From the NCBI GenBank assembly GCA_047284725.1, contig JBJBEO010000001.1, positions 984,203 through 1,048,202 of the forward strand: 64,000 bases of DNA. Reading direction: 5' to 3'. Below are positions 40,097 through 48,991 of this stretch, one piece after another. Position numbers and translations under genes: made by a program. The DNA is from Synechococcus sp. GTDB lineage: Bacteria > Cyanobacteriota > Cyanobacteriia > PCC-6307 > Cyanobiaceae. The stretch's first letter is position 1, and every line of letters starts with the position of its first letter. The notes beneath the pieces are model-generated. The model was not told the origin of the DNA. It saw only the letters and a list, made by a program, of their open reading frames with translations, and searched no databases.

Positions 40097-40795
40097 TCAG
40101 TTCTCGTTCAGCCCAGCCTTAATGGCAATCACAGCAGCTGCCGTGCGGTCTTTGACGCCCAGTTTCCCGATGACAGCACTGACATGGCTCTTGACCGTTT
40201 CGGGTGAAACAAAAAGACGCTCGGCAATCTCTTTGTTTGTTCCTCCTGCGGCCAAGCAGGACAGAACCTCTCGTTCTTTATTGGTGAGGTCCTTGGGTAA
40301 GGGATGCTGTGGTTCGCTGGCATAGTCGGCGGCCCTGAGAACGTCCCGTGGGTAGTAGGTCGCTCCTGAGATGGTGCTGCGGAGGGCACCCATGAAATCG
40401 CCGTCCCCTCTGCCACCAAGGGATGATACAAACATCACCCCATTTGCGCCTGCTTCAATGCAATCTTGAACCAGAGATTTGGTCTCAGTGCGTAGAAAGA
40501 GGAGGCATATTGTGTCGGGACAACGTTGCTTGACGTTTCGGACCAGTGAGAGCCCTGAGCCTTGTTCGAGGTCTTCGGTGGCAAACAGCAAATCGGGAGT
40601 TGTGGTTTTCATCAGCTCCAGCACTTCCTCCTCCGATGTGCAGGCGCCTAGCAGACTGCGGGCAACGGGAGGGATGAGGCAGAAGGAGCCAAGTGTGAGC
40701 TGATCAGCCATGCAGGCGATGGATTGTGTGCCGCTCAGCAACTCAAAGGCCTCGCGCATTAGCTCGCTGTCGGGATTCTGAACGGCGTATTGCAT
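40097..40795 (-). CDS. NarL/LuxR-family regulator with atypical receiver
   Basis: C-terminal LTNKEREVL...GGTNKEIAERLFVSPETVKSH...KLGVKDR HTH. Confidence 0.9.
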   Translation of the reverse strand: MQYAVQNPDSELMREAFELLSGTQSIACMADQLTLGSFCLIPPVARSLLGACTSEEEVLELMKTTTPDLLFATEDLEQGSGLSLVRNVKQRCPDTICLLFLRTETKSLVQDCIEAGANGVMFVSSLGGRGDGDFMGALRSTISGATYYPRDVLRAADYASEPQHPLPKDLTNKEREVLSCLAAGGTNKEIAERLFVSPETVKSHVSAVIGKLGVKDRTAAAVIAIKAGLNEN

Positions 40796-40993
40796 GACGT
40801 TGAGGCTTTGTCCGAAGCCTTGTTCAACTTAGGCATGCTTCATCCTGTTTTCAGAGCGGGGCCTCCCCAGACGAGTCATGGTCCGAGAGCTGCCACTGAT
40901 GGCTTCATTTGACAGAGGCTGAGAGTGCGCCTTCTCCGATCGTGCTTCCTGGGTCACCCGCAGGCGTAGCGTTGAGCGACTGATGCCCATGCC

Positions 40994-41224
40994 ATGACCG
41001 TTGCTTCTGCGTGTCGGACGCCTGTATCTGAAGACACTTTGATTGATGCTCTGCGGGGTTGCGTGAAGGCGTCGCAGCTTTTGCAACTGAGAGATCAGTT
41101 GGCCAAGAATGATGCCAATCCCCCCCTGTTCAACTGGGTTTGCAAACTGTTGGTTGACCGCCGCATCTCCCGAGGACTTGCGTCCAGGGTGTTGCTGCAG
41201 CTGCATCACGATCAACCTCTTTGA
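40994..41224 (+). CDS. Small hypothetical protein
   Basis: 76-aa ORF; LFNWVCKLLVDRRISRGLA. Confidence 0.55.
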   Translation: MTVASACRTPVSEDTLIDALRGCVKASQLLQLRDQLAKNDANPPLFNWVCKLLVDRRISRGLASRVLLQLHHDQPL

Positions 41225-41233
41225 TGCGATTAC

Positions 41234-43342
41234 TTAGGCACTGACCAACCATCGCCCACTGATGGCGATTGTGATCATCAACACGCAGGCTGTCAGCCAG
41301 GCTCTGCGGTGGTGACAGAGGAGTCGTCTCAGGGTGATCACACTCGCCATGCCGCCTGCTGCGATCACGGCCGACTGACAGAAGCCGATCACGTGGGGAT
41401 CCGCTTGCCAGGATGGAAGATCCTTGATCCAGCCTGACGTCAGGGGGCTGAAGCTCACCGGCAACAGAGAGCCAGCTTCCTGCATGCCGATTGGCAGGTG
41501 AGAGGCCAGTAGCAGCGCCCAGAGCAGAGGTAACAGCCCGTACAACGTGCGTTGCAATCGCTGTGTTTCGAACACGAGGTGTGCGAGTTGGTAAATCGCC
41601 GCCGGCAGGGCCAGGCAGAGGCACGCCATGGCGAGGCGTGGCAGCCATGGTCCGCTGTGCATTGATGCCGGCGCGAGGGCACTCCAACCCCAGAGCGCTT
41701 TCCAATGCTGCAGACAGATGCTCCCCGTCAGCACCAGCAAGAGCCCCGGTTCTCCCCTGGGGATGACCATCTGACGCTGCAGATCGGCTGCTGGTGGGCG
41801 CACTCTCAACTGCACTGAGCGATGGGGGCAGGCCTGGGCACAAGTGAGACAGAGAACGCAGTTGCGGTTGTCGCGCAGGTGGGCCGGATGTGTGCCGAGT
41901 GGACACCCGCCCGAGGCCATGCCCTCGCCTTCTGATGGACCGCCCTTGAAACAGGCATAGCTGGAGCAGTTGCCGCTGCAGACCCCCGCCTGGGCCCGTA
42001 ATTCCAGAATCGAGAGCTTGGCGAACAATCCATTCATCCCTCCGATGGGGCAGAGATAGCGGCACCAGAAGCGCTTTTCGAAGCGGAGCGAGCCCACCAC
42101 CGCGCCCGTCGTGATCAGCAAGAGAAGCCCACTGCTCAGCCTGGCGTTCTGGGGAAGATCACACAGGCTTTCCCACAGGAGAATCGCCGCAAATCCGCCG
42201 GCCAACCAAGGTGACGCCCAGTCATCGTGATCTCCCCGAGGCCACGGCGCAGGCATCCAGCCCAGACGCTTGCTCAACCGCTGCACAATCTCTCCCCAGA
42301 CCATGAAGGGGCAGAAGGAGCACCACAACCGGCCCACCAGCGGGAACCCCACCAGGATCAGCGGCCACCACCAGGCCCAGAACAGATTGAGGGCTCCGTT
42401 GTGGGAACGATCCTGAGGCCCAATCCACAACCACAGATTGATCAGCACGAACAGCCAACTCACCAGGCCGAACAACAGGCCATTCCATAGCTTGGGCGAA
42501 CGCATCCATGGCCTCAGCTGAGGCTTCCATGTCCAGAGGTCAAAGCGAGCGACTGGTTTCGTGGGCGATGTCCAGAACACATCGGCGGGCACAGCCGTCG
42601 GTCGGTCCTCCTGGCGTCGCATCTGCTGCAGGGCCCGTTCGATCAGTGCTTCGAGTTCGCGCAGGTTGTTGGGGAAGTCGTAGTTCTGCAGTTCCTTCAC
42701 GACAGACAGGGGAACCGCGGGGGCCTGCTGCATGCCGAGACGCTGGCTTTGCTGCCGGATGCCGTAGCGCAGCCATTCCCCGAGGTCTTGCCGGCGCACT
42801 CTCAGGGGAGGAACCCGGATCAGTTGCACCACCGACATCAGTTCGGGGATGGCCTGTTCGGCCGTGATCAGCAGGCGCCCTGAAAAAGGGTGGTTGATGC
42901 CGGGTTGGGCGACCGATGGCCAGCTTCCATCGGTCGCCAACTGAACCAATGCTTTGCGCCCCCCTGGTTCCAACTGCTCGATGTTGTCGATCAGAAGGCT
43001 TCCCTCGCCAACAAGCTCCACCAGCGCAGGCCTGTTCTTGTTGTCGCCTTGGCCAAACAAGACGCTTTCATCGCTGGACATCTGGGCTGCGTCCAATCTC
43101 AGCATCAGATGGTGTCTGCGCCTTGATCCGAAGTGGATCAGCGCTGCCAGGTTGTCTTTCTCGAGGCCGGGCTCGCCCACGAGCAACACAGGCCTGGTGC
43201 TGGGGTCTGACGAGGCTTGATGCAGTTCTTCGCGAAGACGCTTGGCCTGGCGACTGCTGCCAACCACGCCGCGGCGGGGGCGGCCTACCAGGTAGGGGGC
43301 CAGTTGCAGCAGCGTTGCCTCGGGTGCCCAGTCCCCGTTCAT
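41234..43342 (-). CDS. Sigma54-activator-like AAA domain fused to a membrane 4Fe-4S polyferredoxin
   Basis: VVGSS...GEPGLEK...VPPLRVRRQDL...FPNNLREL, then TM segments with WCSFCP, WCRYLCP and CVLCLTCAQACP. Start at 43342 or 43357. Confidence 0.88.
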   Translation of the reverse strand: MNGDWAPEATLLQLAPYLVGRPRRGVVGSSRQAKRLREELHQASSDPSTRPVLLVGEPGLEKDNLAALIHFGSRRRHHLMLRLDAAQMSSDESVLFGQGDNKNRPALVELVGEGSLLIDNIEQLEPGGRKALVQLATDGSWPSVAQPGINHPFSGRLLITAEQAIPELMSVVQLIRVPPLRVRRQDLGEWLRYGIRQQSQRLGMQQAPAVPLSVVKELQNYDFPNNLRELEALIERALQQMRRQEDRPTAVPADVFWTSPTKPVARFDLWTWKPQLRPWMRSPKLWNGLLFGLVSWLFVLINLWLWIGPQDRSHNGALNLFWAWWWPLILVGFPLVGRLWCSFCPFMVWGEIVQRLSKRLGWMPAPWPRGDHDDWASPWLAGGFAAILLWESLCDLPQNARLSSGLLLLITTGAVVGSLRFEKRFWCRYLCPIGGMNGLFAKLSILELRAQAGVCSGNCSSYACFKGGPSEGEGMASGGCPLGTHPAHLRDNRNCVLCLTCAQACPHRSVQLRVRPPAADLQRQMVIPRGEPGLLLVLTGSICLQHWKALWGWSALAPASMHSGPWLPRLAMACLCLALPAAIYQLAHLVFETQRLQRTLYGLLPLLWALLLASHLPIGMQEAGSLLPVSFSPLTSGWIKDLPSWQADPHVIGFCQSAVIAAGGMASVITLRRLLCHHRRAWLTACVLMITIAISGRWLVSA

Positions 43343-43411
43343 GGAACGAGCATGCATGGCCAGCTGTCTGTGTTCATGGCTATGGAGTGAGTGGCACCCG
43401 CCAGCTCCACC

Positions 43412-43795
43412 ATGGCTCGACTTTCGAATGCTGCCCTTCTTGTGCTGCTGGCTTCCGGTTTTGGTGCGGTTGCATCGGCTCAGCCCCGATGGGCTTTGCC
43501 CTTGAGTGCAGGACAACCGATTCTGGAGGCTGATGCGGTGTTGTTGGCTTCGGGCTGGAGGCCACACCCCCAGCAACGACCCCTGGCGATGGATCAGCAA
43601 CGGGCCGGGGTGCCGCTGACCAGCCTCTCGGCCTGTTCCGGGACCGGGGAGGGGTTTTGCCGCTTTGATTACCGCCGAAACGGACGCCAGTTGTCAGTGG
43701 TGACCATCCCCACGGGGCTCGGCCCGGATCATGCCTCTCAGCTTGGAGGTGTGGTGAAGCGGTGGTGGATTGAAACAGTGTCGGGAAGGCATTGA
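43412..43795 (+). CDS. Hypothetical secreted protein
   Basis: Signal peptide ending ASA; CSGTGEGFCRF disulfide-like motif. Confidence 0.65.
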   Translation: MARLSNAALLVLLASGFGAVASAQPRWALPLSAGQPILEADAVLLASGWRPHPQQRPLAMDQQRAGVPLTSLSACSGTGEGFCRFDYRRNGRQLSVVTIPTGLGPDHASQLGGVVKRWWIETVSGRH

Positions 43796-43838
43796 TCGGC
43801 TGATGGCTTGATTGCCTCACTCAAGCGAAGCGTTCCTC

Positions 43839-44087
43839 TCAGCCGATGGGCATCGTCAGACGGACTGTGCCCCACAGGTCGAAGACGCAAAAAATTACAC
43901 CGATCACGATGATGTCCCAGGCACGATGGCGCAGGGCCCAGGGAGCCAGAAACAATTCGGCGACGCCATGCAGGGCCGTTCCCACCGCAACATGCTCCAG
44001 CACCAAAAGCCCATGGGCAAGGAGGAATAAGGCGCTGGCGACGCACCGCATCAGAACTTCCCACGACCCGCTCAGAGCTTTCAGCAA
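43839..44087 (-). CDS. Small membrane protein (about 3 TM, several His)
   Basis: Hydrophobic 82-aa ORF divergent from the Fur gene. Confidence 0.6.
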   Translation of the reverse strand: MLKALSGSWEVLMRCVASALFLLAHGLLVLEHVAVGTALHGVAELFLAPWALRHRAWDIIVIGVIFCVFDLWGTVRLTMPIG

Positions 44088-44230
44088 AAGTGCATCAAGA
44101 CTTAAGGCGCCAGCACCTTAAGCCGGGCTAACGACCGCGTAAACAGGATCGGAGCTCTGACCCGTTGAGCAGGGTGAGAAGAGCTCCTTCCGCTCTCAAG
44201 AGTGGGTACTGTTGAGAAGACCGTCACCGG

Positions 44231-44689
44231 ATGGCGATGACTAGAGGAGCGTCTTCGGCACCAGTGCAGGACCCCCTTCAACGGGGCCTGCACCGCGATG
44301 GTCGTCGCCTCACTCCCCAGCGACAAACAATTCTCGCGTTGTTCGAGCAGATCGGTGCTGGCCGCCATCTGAGTGCTGAGGATGTGCACCAGCGGTTGCT
44401 TGAGTCCGGCACCAAGGTGTCCCTCGCCACGATCTATCGCACCTTGCGCCTGCTCGTTGAGATGGGCTTCCTGCAGGAGTTGGAACTCAGTGAAGCCGGT
44501 CGACGCTTTGAGTTGTCGTCAGGAGAGCACCGCGACCACCACCATCTCGTTTGCATCCGCTGTGGTCGCACCGAAGAGTTTGAGAACACGTCGGTGCTTG
44601 ATGCCGGTCAGACGGCTGCAGATCGGCATAGTTTTGATTTGATTGAGTCCACGCTCAATGTGCGTGGAGTCTGCCCGGATTGCCGTTGA
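44231..44689 (+). CDS. fur: Fur-family metalloregulator
   Basis: RLTPQR, HLSAED, SLATIYRTL, HHHLVCIRCG, CPDC. Confidence 0.93.
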   Translation: MAMTRGASSAPVQDPLQRGLHRDGRRLTPQRQTILALFEQIGAGRHLSAEDVHQRLLESGTKVSLATIYRTLRLLVEMGFLQELELSEAGRRFELSSGEHRDHHHLVCIRCGRTEEFENTSVLDAGQTAADRHSFDLIESTLNVRGVCPDCR

Positions 44690-44726
44690 GTTGAAACCGG
44701 TGTTGGTGAAGCTCAGTGCAGGTTGA

Positions 44727-45188
44727 TCAGTGTGAATCTGTGGGGTGCTCGTTGCAGGGCATCCACAGTTTCCCCATGGCGTGCACCCCTGTGCAGCCAA
44801 GCTTTTCAGCTTCCTTTTCTGCTTGCTCTCGGCTTGGATAAGCCATCAGCGCGGGATTATCAGTCTTCTGATCACCGTGGTGTTGATGGGCGGAATCTGA
44901 GCCTTGGGGTTGGTCCAATCGAACCAGGCCCATGGAGAGTGGGCCAGCGGTCCAGACGCCCATGGTGTTCACCCCCACCGCCAGCAGACCCATCCCCACG
45001 ACGGACAGGTTGATCACTCCCATGGCCACGACCCCAATGGAGACGACGCCCATGGGGACAACGCCGATGCAGACCACACCCATGGGCACAATCCCGATGG
45101 AAACGGTTCCCAGCGGTGCGATGCCGATGGCGAAGCGCTTGGGCTTGCTGCCGCAGTGGGCAGGGCCGGAGTCCACAGGCGCGCTCAT
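44727..45188 (-). CDS. Gly-pentapeptide repeat protein with C-terminal DUF3721-like domain
   Basis: 14 x 5-residue repeats (13 begin with Gly); C-terminal AEKLGCTGVHAMGKLWMPC. Confidence 0.75.
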   Translation of the reverse strand: MSAPVDSGPAHCGSKPKRFAIGIAPLGTVSIGIVPMGVVCIGVVPMGVVSIGVVAMGVINLSVVGMGLLAVGVNTMGVWTAGPLSMGLVRLDQPQGSDSAHQHHGDQKTDNPALMAYPSREQAEKEAEKLGCTGVHAMGKLWMPCNEHPTDSH

Positions 45189-45245
45189 CCAAATCGGAGG
45201 TGTGTTGTTGTGACCCTAGGTGTTGACCCTCTTCTTGAAGCTGGT

Positions 45246-46349
45246 TCAGCTGAGAGCTCCACCACAGCTGCTGCCGCTTCCGGCTGTGCAACCGAAACAA
45301 TGCTCGGCCACCGTGATCGGTTGCTGTTCGATCTGTTCCGCGTTGCTGTTGAGCAGATCCTCCAGCGTCTGGGCCTCGGCTCCGCAAGTTAATCCCAGTT
45401 GTTGATTGAAGTCGCAGTCGTAGAGGGCTCCCTGCCAATCGACGCTCAGCAGGGAGCGGCACATCACCGCCTGGAGATTGTCGACCCGGAATGACTGGCG
45501 CAGAAGTTGCCGGTACTCCAGCAGTTGCCCTTTCTGTTCGAGGTCTCTGGCGAAGCGTTCGATCGCCATGTTGGTGATTGTGAGCAGCTGGTTGAACTGA
45601 ATGCCATGGTCGCGTTGGAGCGCTTCCCGATAGTGCGCTTCCAGGCCTGCCTGGGCTGGAGGGAGGCTTGGCCCCGCAGGGTTGTAGACCAGATCGAGCG
45701 CTAATCCCCTTTGGGGGTTGCCGAAGCCAAGACGGTTGAGTTGCTTCAAGCCTTCAATGCTGCGTTCAAAGACACCTCCTCCGCGTTGACGGTCGACCCT
45801 CTGTTGTTCCGTGCAGGGGAGTGACGCCACCACATGAACACCTTCGCTAGCGAGAAACGCTGCCAGATCCTCCTGTCCTGGTTCGTTGAGGATGGTGAGG
45901 TTGCACCGATCAATCACCTCCACGCCGAGGCTGCGGGCGGCCCTCACCAGATCGCGAAAACGGGGATGCAGTTCCGGGGCTCCACCGGTGAGGTCGAGCA
46001 CCTTGAGCTTGAGATGCTGCAACACCTGGGGAATCAGATCAATGTGGCGATCGGCCATCATTTCCCTGCGCCAGGGTCCTGCATTCACGTGGCAGTGACT
46101 GCAGCTTTGATTGCAGCGGTAGCCGAGGTTGACCTGAAGCGTTTGCAGGGTGCTTCGGTGGAGTGAAGGAAACAGCGTCGGTGCGGTGGAGGCTGGGGTG
46201 CTGTTGGGGTTTGACGTGATCAGAGGACCCCTCAGAAGCAAGCACCATTGTGAAAGATCAGGTGTGCCTGCATCGTTTGCGGTTCTGTTCTCTGAGGTGC
46301 ACCTGTTGGTGCAGGTCGTGGGATCTGAGGCCGCTTGACGGCCGACCAT
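45246..46349 (-). CDS. arsS: Arsenosugar biosynthesis radical SAM protein (ArsS family)
   Basis: LQVNLGYRCNQSCSHCHV, TGGAPE, DCDFNQ, C-terminal HCFGCTAGSGSSCGGAL. Start uncertain: TGATG-coupled ATG at 46349 or near 46223. Confidence 0.88.
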   Translation of the reverse strand: MVGRQAASDPTTCTNRCTSENRTANDAGTPDLSQWCLLLRGPLITSNPNSTPASTAPTLFPSLHRSTLQTLQVNLGYRCNQSCSHCHVNAGPWRREMMADRHIDLIPQVLQHLKLKVLDLTGGAPELHPRFRDLVRAARSLGVEVIDRCNLTILNEPGQEDLAAFLASEGVHVVASLPCTEQQRVDRQRGGGVFERSIEGLKQLNRLGFGNPQRGLALDLVYNPAGPSLPPAQAGLEAHYREALQRDHGIQFNQLLTITNMAIERFARDLEQKGQLLEYRQLLRQSFRVDNLQAVMCRSLLSVDWQGALYDCDFNQQLGLTCGAEAQTLEDLLNSNAEQIEQQPITVAEHCFGCTAGSGSSCGGALS

Positions 46350-47551
46350 CAGGCCGTTCGAGCGGCGAGCTGGCGGAACCACTGCACATAGTGCCGTGGC
46401 CCCCCAGGCATCAACACGTTGACCTGCAGTGGATCTTCGGGATCGCTGATGCCTCGAAGGTCGGGATCAGCGAGGCTCGGTCGATCCACTTCGCCGCCGC
46501 TGCTGTCCACCAGCACCACGCGGTTGGGCTGGTTGTAGCGCTCTCCGATTTCCTGGAGCAGGCTGAGGAAACCTCGGTCACTGCCGCCGCGCAACCAGGT
46601 GCCAGTCTCAGAGCAGAAGGTGGAGGTGACGGTATCGCCAATGCCGACAAGAAGGGGCATTTGGTCAAGGGGGATGGCCTGCTCGCAGAGCTTCAGCAGT
46701 TCTTCGTGGTCATGGGGAGCTGTGCGCACGTTGAAATCGTCCCCAAGAGGGGCCGTCCCGGTGCGAGCGGCGATATGGCGATTGATCAACACCAACAGGC
46801 CGGCCTCCTTGATGGCCCCGCGCAGCATGAATTGAATGTCGGTTGAGCCCACATCACCGGGTTGAGCCGGTTTCAGGCGCTCCTGTCCGGCAGCATCACG
46901 CCCCAGATTGGGGGCCACGTGGAGAAAGAAGGAGCTGCCCAGGCCATGGTCCGTGGCCTGCACGAGCAGGTCTTGCATCAGGTCCTCCAGCATGTGCTGC
47001 AGGGCCTGTTGCAGGCTGACGTCGTTGGGGCAGAGCGCAAACAGTCCGTTGAGATTGATGGTGGGAGATACCTGGGTGTCGAGCACCGCCTTGGTCACTT
47101 CCTGGCGCAACACGTCGTTTGGCAAGGACGGCATCAGCGGGGCAACTCGCGTCTCCAGTGCGGTTTCCATCCGCTTTGGCAAGGCAGCCAGAAATGCCAT
47201 CTCTGCTTCACTGACGCCGGGATGCGACAACTGGCCGTGATTGTCTTGCAGTTGAACCCCTCCAGCTGCAAGGCCTGGAAGGTAAAGCCCGTCGCGCGCT
47301 GCCCGGTCGGGATCTCCCAGGGCCTGTTCCACCAGTCGATTCACCCCTCGCTTGCCTTCGTGCTCACCGTTGGTGAGGACGAAGAAATGTCCGCTCATCT
47401 GTGCCACCGCCTCGACGTAGTCGGGATCCATCCGGCGGGTCAGGGGATCCTTCACCAGCTCCATGCAGACGCCATCGAGGTCTTGAACGATGAGCAGGTT
47501 GTCGATGCCTGAGATCTCGTTCAGCAGTTCATCAGGAGTCAATCTCGGCAC
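46349..47551 (-). CDS. stpA: Glucosylglycerol-phosphate phosphatase
   Basis: HAD motif QDLDGV; LTNGEHEG, GDTVTS, RGGSDRGFL, VDSSGGEV. Confidence 0.92.
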   Translation of the reverse strand: MPRLTPDELLNEISGIDNLLIVQDLDGVCMELVKDPLTRRMDPDYVEAVAQMSGHFFVLTNGEHEGKRGVNRLVEQALGDPDRAARDGLYLPGLAAGGVQLQDNHGQLSHPGVSEAEMAFLAALPKRMETALETRVAPLMPSLPNDVLRQEVTKAVLDTQVSPTINLNGLFALCPNDVSLQQALQHMLEDLMQDLLVQATDHGLGSSFFLHVAPNLGRDAAGQERLKPAQPGDVGSTDIQFMLRGAIKEAGLLVLINRHIAARTGTAPLGDDFNVRTAPHDHEELLKLCEQAIPLDQMPLLVGIGDTVTSTFCSETGTWLRGGSDRGFLSLLQEIGERYNQPNRVVLVDSSGGEVDRPSLADPDLRGISDPEDPLQVNVLMPGGPRHYVQWFRQLAARTA

Positions 47552-47749
47552 AGCGGGGCTTGGGCACGACGTTTAAGCCCTGGACCCTACGCCAGATTTT
47601 TGGAGGGTTGTCTGGGTGGACTCCAACCATGCAGCCTGGGGTCTGAGGCTCCGAGACGTCCCCTGGCGGGTCAACAGCAAGGTCTGCGTTGACGACTGTC
47701 AGGCACCTTGAGGGCACACTGGAGTCTGCTCTCGGATGGCCGGGTCGTT

Positions 47750-47992
47750 GTGCCTGATTTCAACAGCTCTGAAGAAAAGCGAGCCCGATTCGGAAAAGTG
47801 TTCGCCCCCCGCATCGAGAAGTTGATCGAGGATCTTCAGGCTGTGGCGAAAACGGCCAATTTGGACATCTATGAATTTGACGATGCCCTTGTCAAAAAAC
47901 TCTTCGTTGAGCTGGCTCGTCGCTTCAGAACCACGGCCCATCGGTTTGGTATTGAATTTGAGATCAGTGTGGAGGGTGAAGTCGTGGAGTAG
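47750..47992 (+). CDS. Conserved hypothetical protein
   Basis: EEKRARFGKVFAPRIEKL...KTAN...YEF helical ORF; start inferred. Confidence 0.65.
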   Translation: MPDFNSSEEKRARFGKVFAPRIEKLIEDLQAVAKTANLDIYEFDDALVKKLFVELARRFRTTAHRFGIEFEISVEGEVVE

Positions 47993-48347
47993 TGATCGCC
48001 CGCTTCTCCATCGATCGCGTCTTTGGCTTCACCCTCCCTGGCCTCATCCGGCCACGTTGTTGCAGCGTTGCAGGAGTCGAACCTCCTGTTCGACCATCAA
48101 TTGATGCAGAGAGGCGGCGGGCATCAGTCCACCAAGGGTTGCAGACCGGTTGCTGGGCAGGGCCACCAGCCAGCCCTGCGGTTTCGAGGCCGATGACCGA
48201 CTCACAACAGACGACAAGCGATGCATAGGCGTTGCGATTGAGATGACGATGGACGTGCCCTGGATTGGCGGGTCATGACGTCATAGAGCCCTATCGGCTA
48301 GTGTGCTATGAGCAAAGTGGCCTATTTGCTCTTGTCTTGCCTGGGCT

Positions 48348-48935
48348 TTAGGCGGGAAGTCCCATGGCCTTGCGGTAGGCCGGTCGTTGTTGCACCGATG
48401 CGATCAAAGCCTGGATTGTTGGGTAGGGACTGAGGTCAAGCTCGGGGAAGAACACAGGCAGGTAGGCCAGGTAGGCCTGCACGGCGCAGTCAGCGGCCCC
48501 CCACTGCTCTCCCACCAGTGGCGTCTGGAGGTCAAGCATCCGATCGAGCTCGGCCATCAGGCGAGCAAACTCCCGCTCCCGGTTGCTTGGCACAAACAGA
48601 GCAATGGCCAATGTGGCATTGGCGAAGAGCAGCCATTGTGCCGTCAAGGCCCGTTCAGCCTCTGATCGGATGTCGTTGCTGTGACGCTCTGCCAGATGCA
48701 AGAGAATCGCACCGCTTTCAAACAGCTTGAGTGGTTCGCCATTCGGATCAGGCACGCTCGGATCCACGAGGGCAGGCAGCTTGCCGAAAGGGTTGACGGC
48801 GAGAAATTCCGGCTGCTGGTGTTGTCTGGCCTGGAGATCCAGCTCGATCAGTGCATAGCTGATGCCCTTCTCCTCCATGTACCAGCGGGGCATCGAGGCT
48901 CTTGTGCGTTGACCGCCGTAGAGGGTGAGGGGCAT
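48348..48935 (-). CDS. Glutathione S-transferase family protein
   Basis: TRASMPRW, NPFGKLPAL, LFESGAIL. Confidence 0.92.
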   Translation of the reverse strand: MPLTLYGGQRTRASMPRWYMEEKGISYALIELDLQARQHQQPEFLAVNPFGKLPALVDPSVPDPNGEPLKLFESGAILLHLAERHSNDIRSEAERALTAQWLLFANATLAIALFVPSNREREFARLMAELDRMLDLQTPLVGEQWGAADCAVQAYLAYLPVFFPELDLSPYPTIQALIASVQQRPAYRKAMGLPA

Positions 48936-48991
48936 CGCTCTTGCTGCTTAGGGTGTAACCGGATCATGGTGCAGGGGCTGGGACGCAACGG

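Noticed and set aside
38013..41233. Prophage or integrative element at tRNA-Pro
   Set aside because: No integrase, transposase, phage gene or att duplication was seen, so it is reported only as a variable islet.
44930..45130. Periodic DNA repeats suggesting a CRISPR array or tandem repeat
   Set aside because: They are degenerate 15/30-nt units explained by the protein repeat. There are no identical repeats with unique spacers and no cas genes.
45246..45275. Selenocysteine recoding at the ArsS C-terminus
   Set aside because: The position is an ordinary Cys codon (SSCGGALS), and the stop follows the complete motif.
48044..48226. 60-aa minus-strand ORF and nearby ATGACGTCAT palindrome
   Set aside because: No motif or other support. 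They could be real but cannot be called from the sequence alone.
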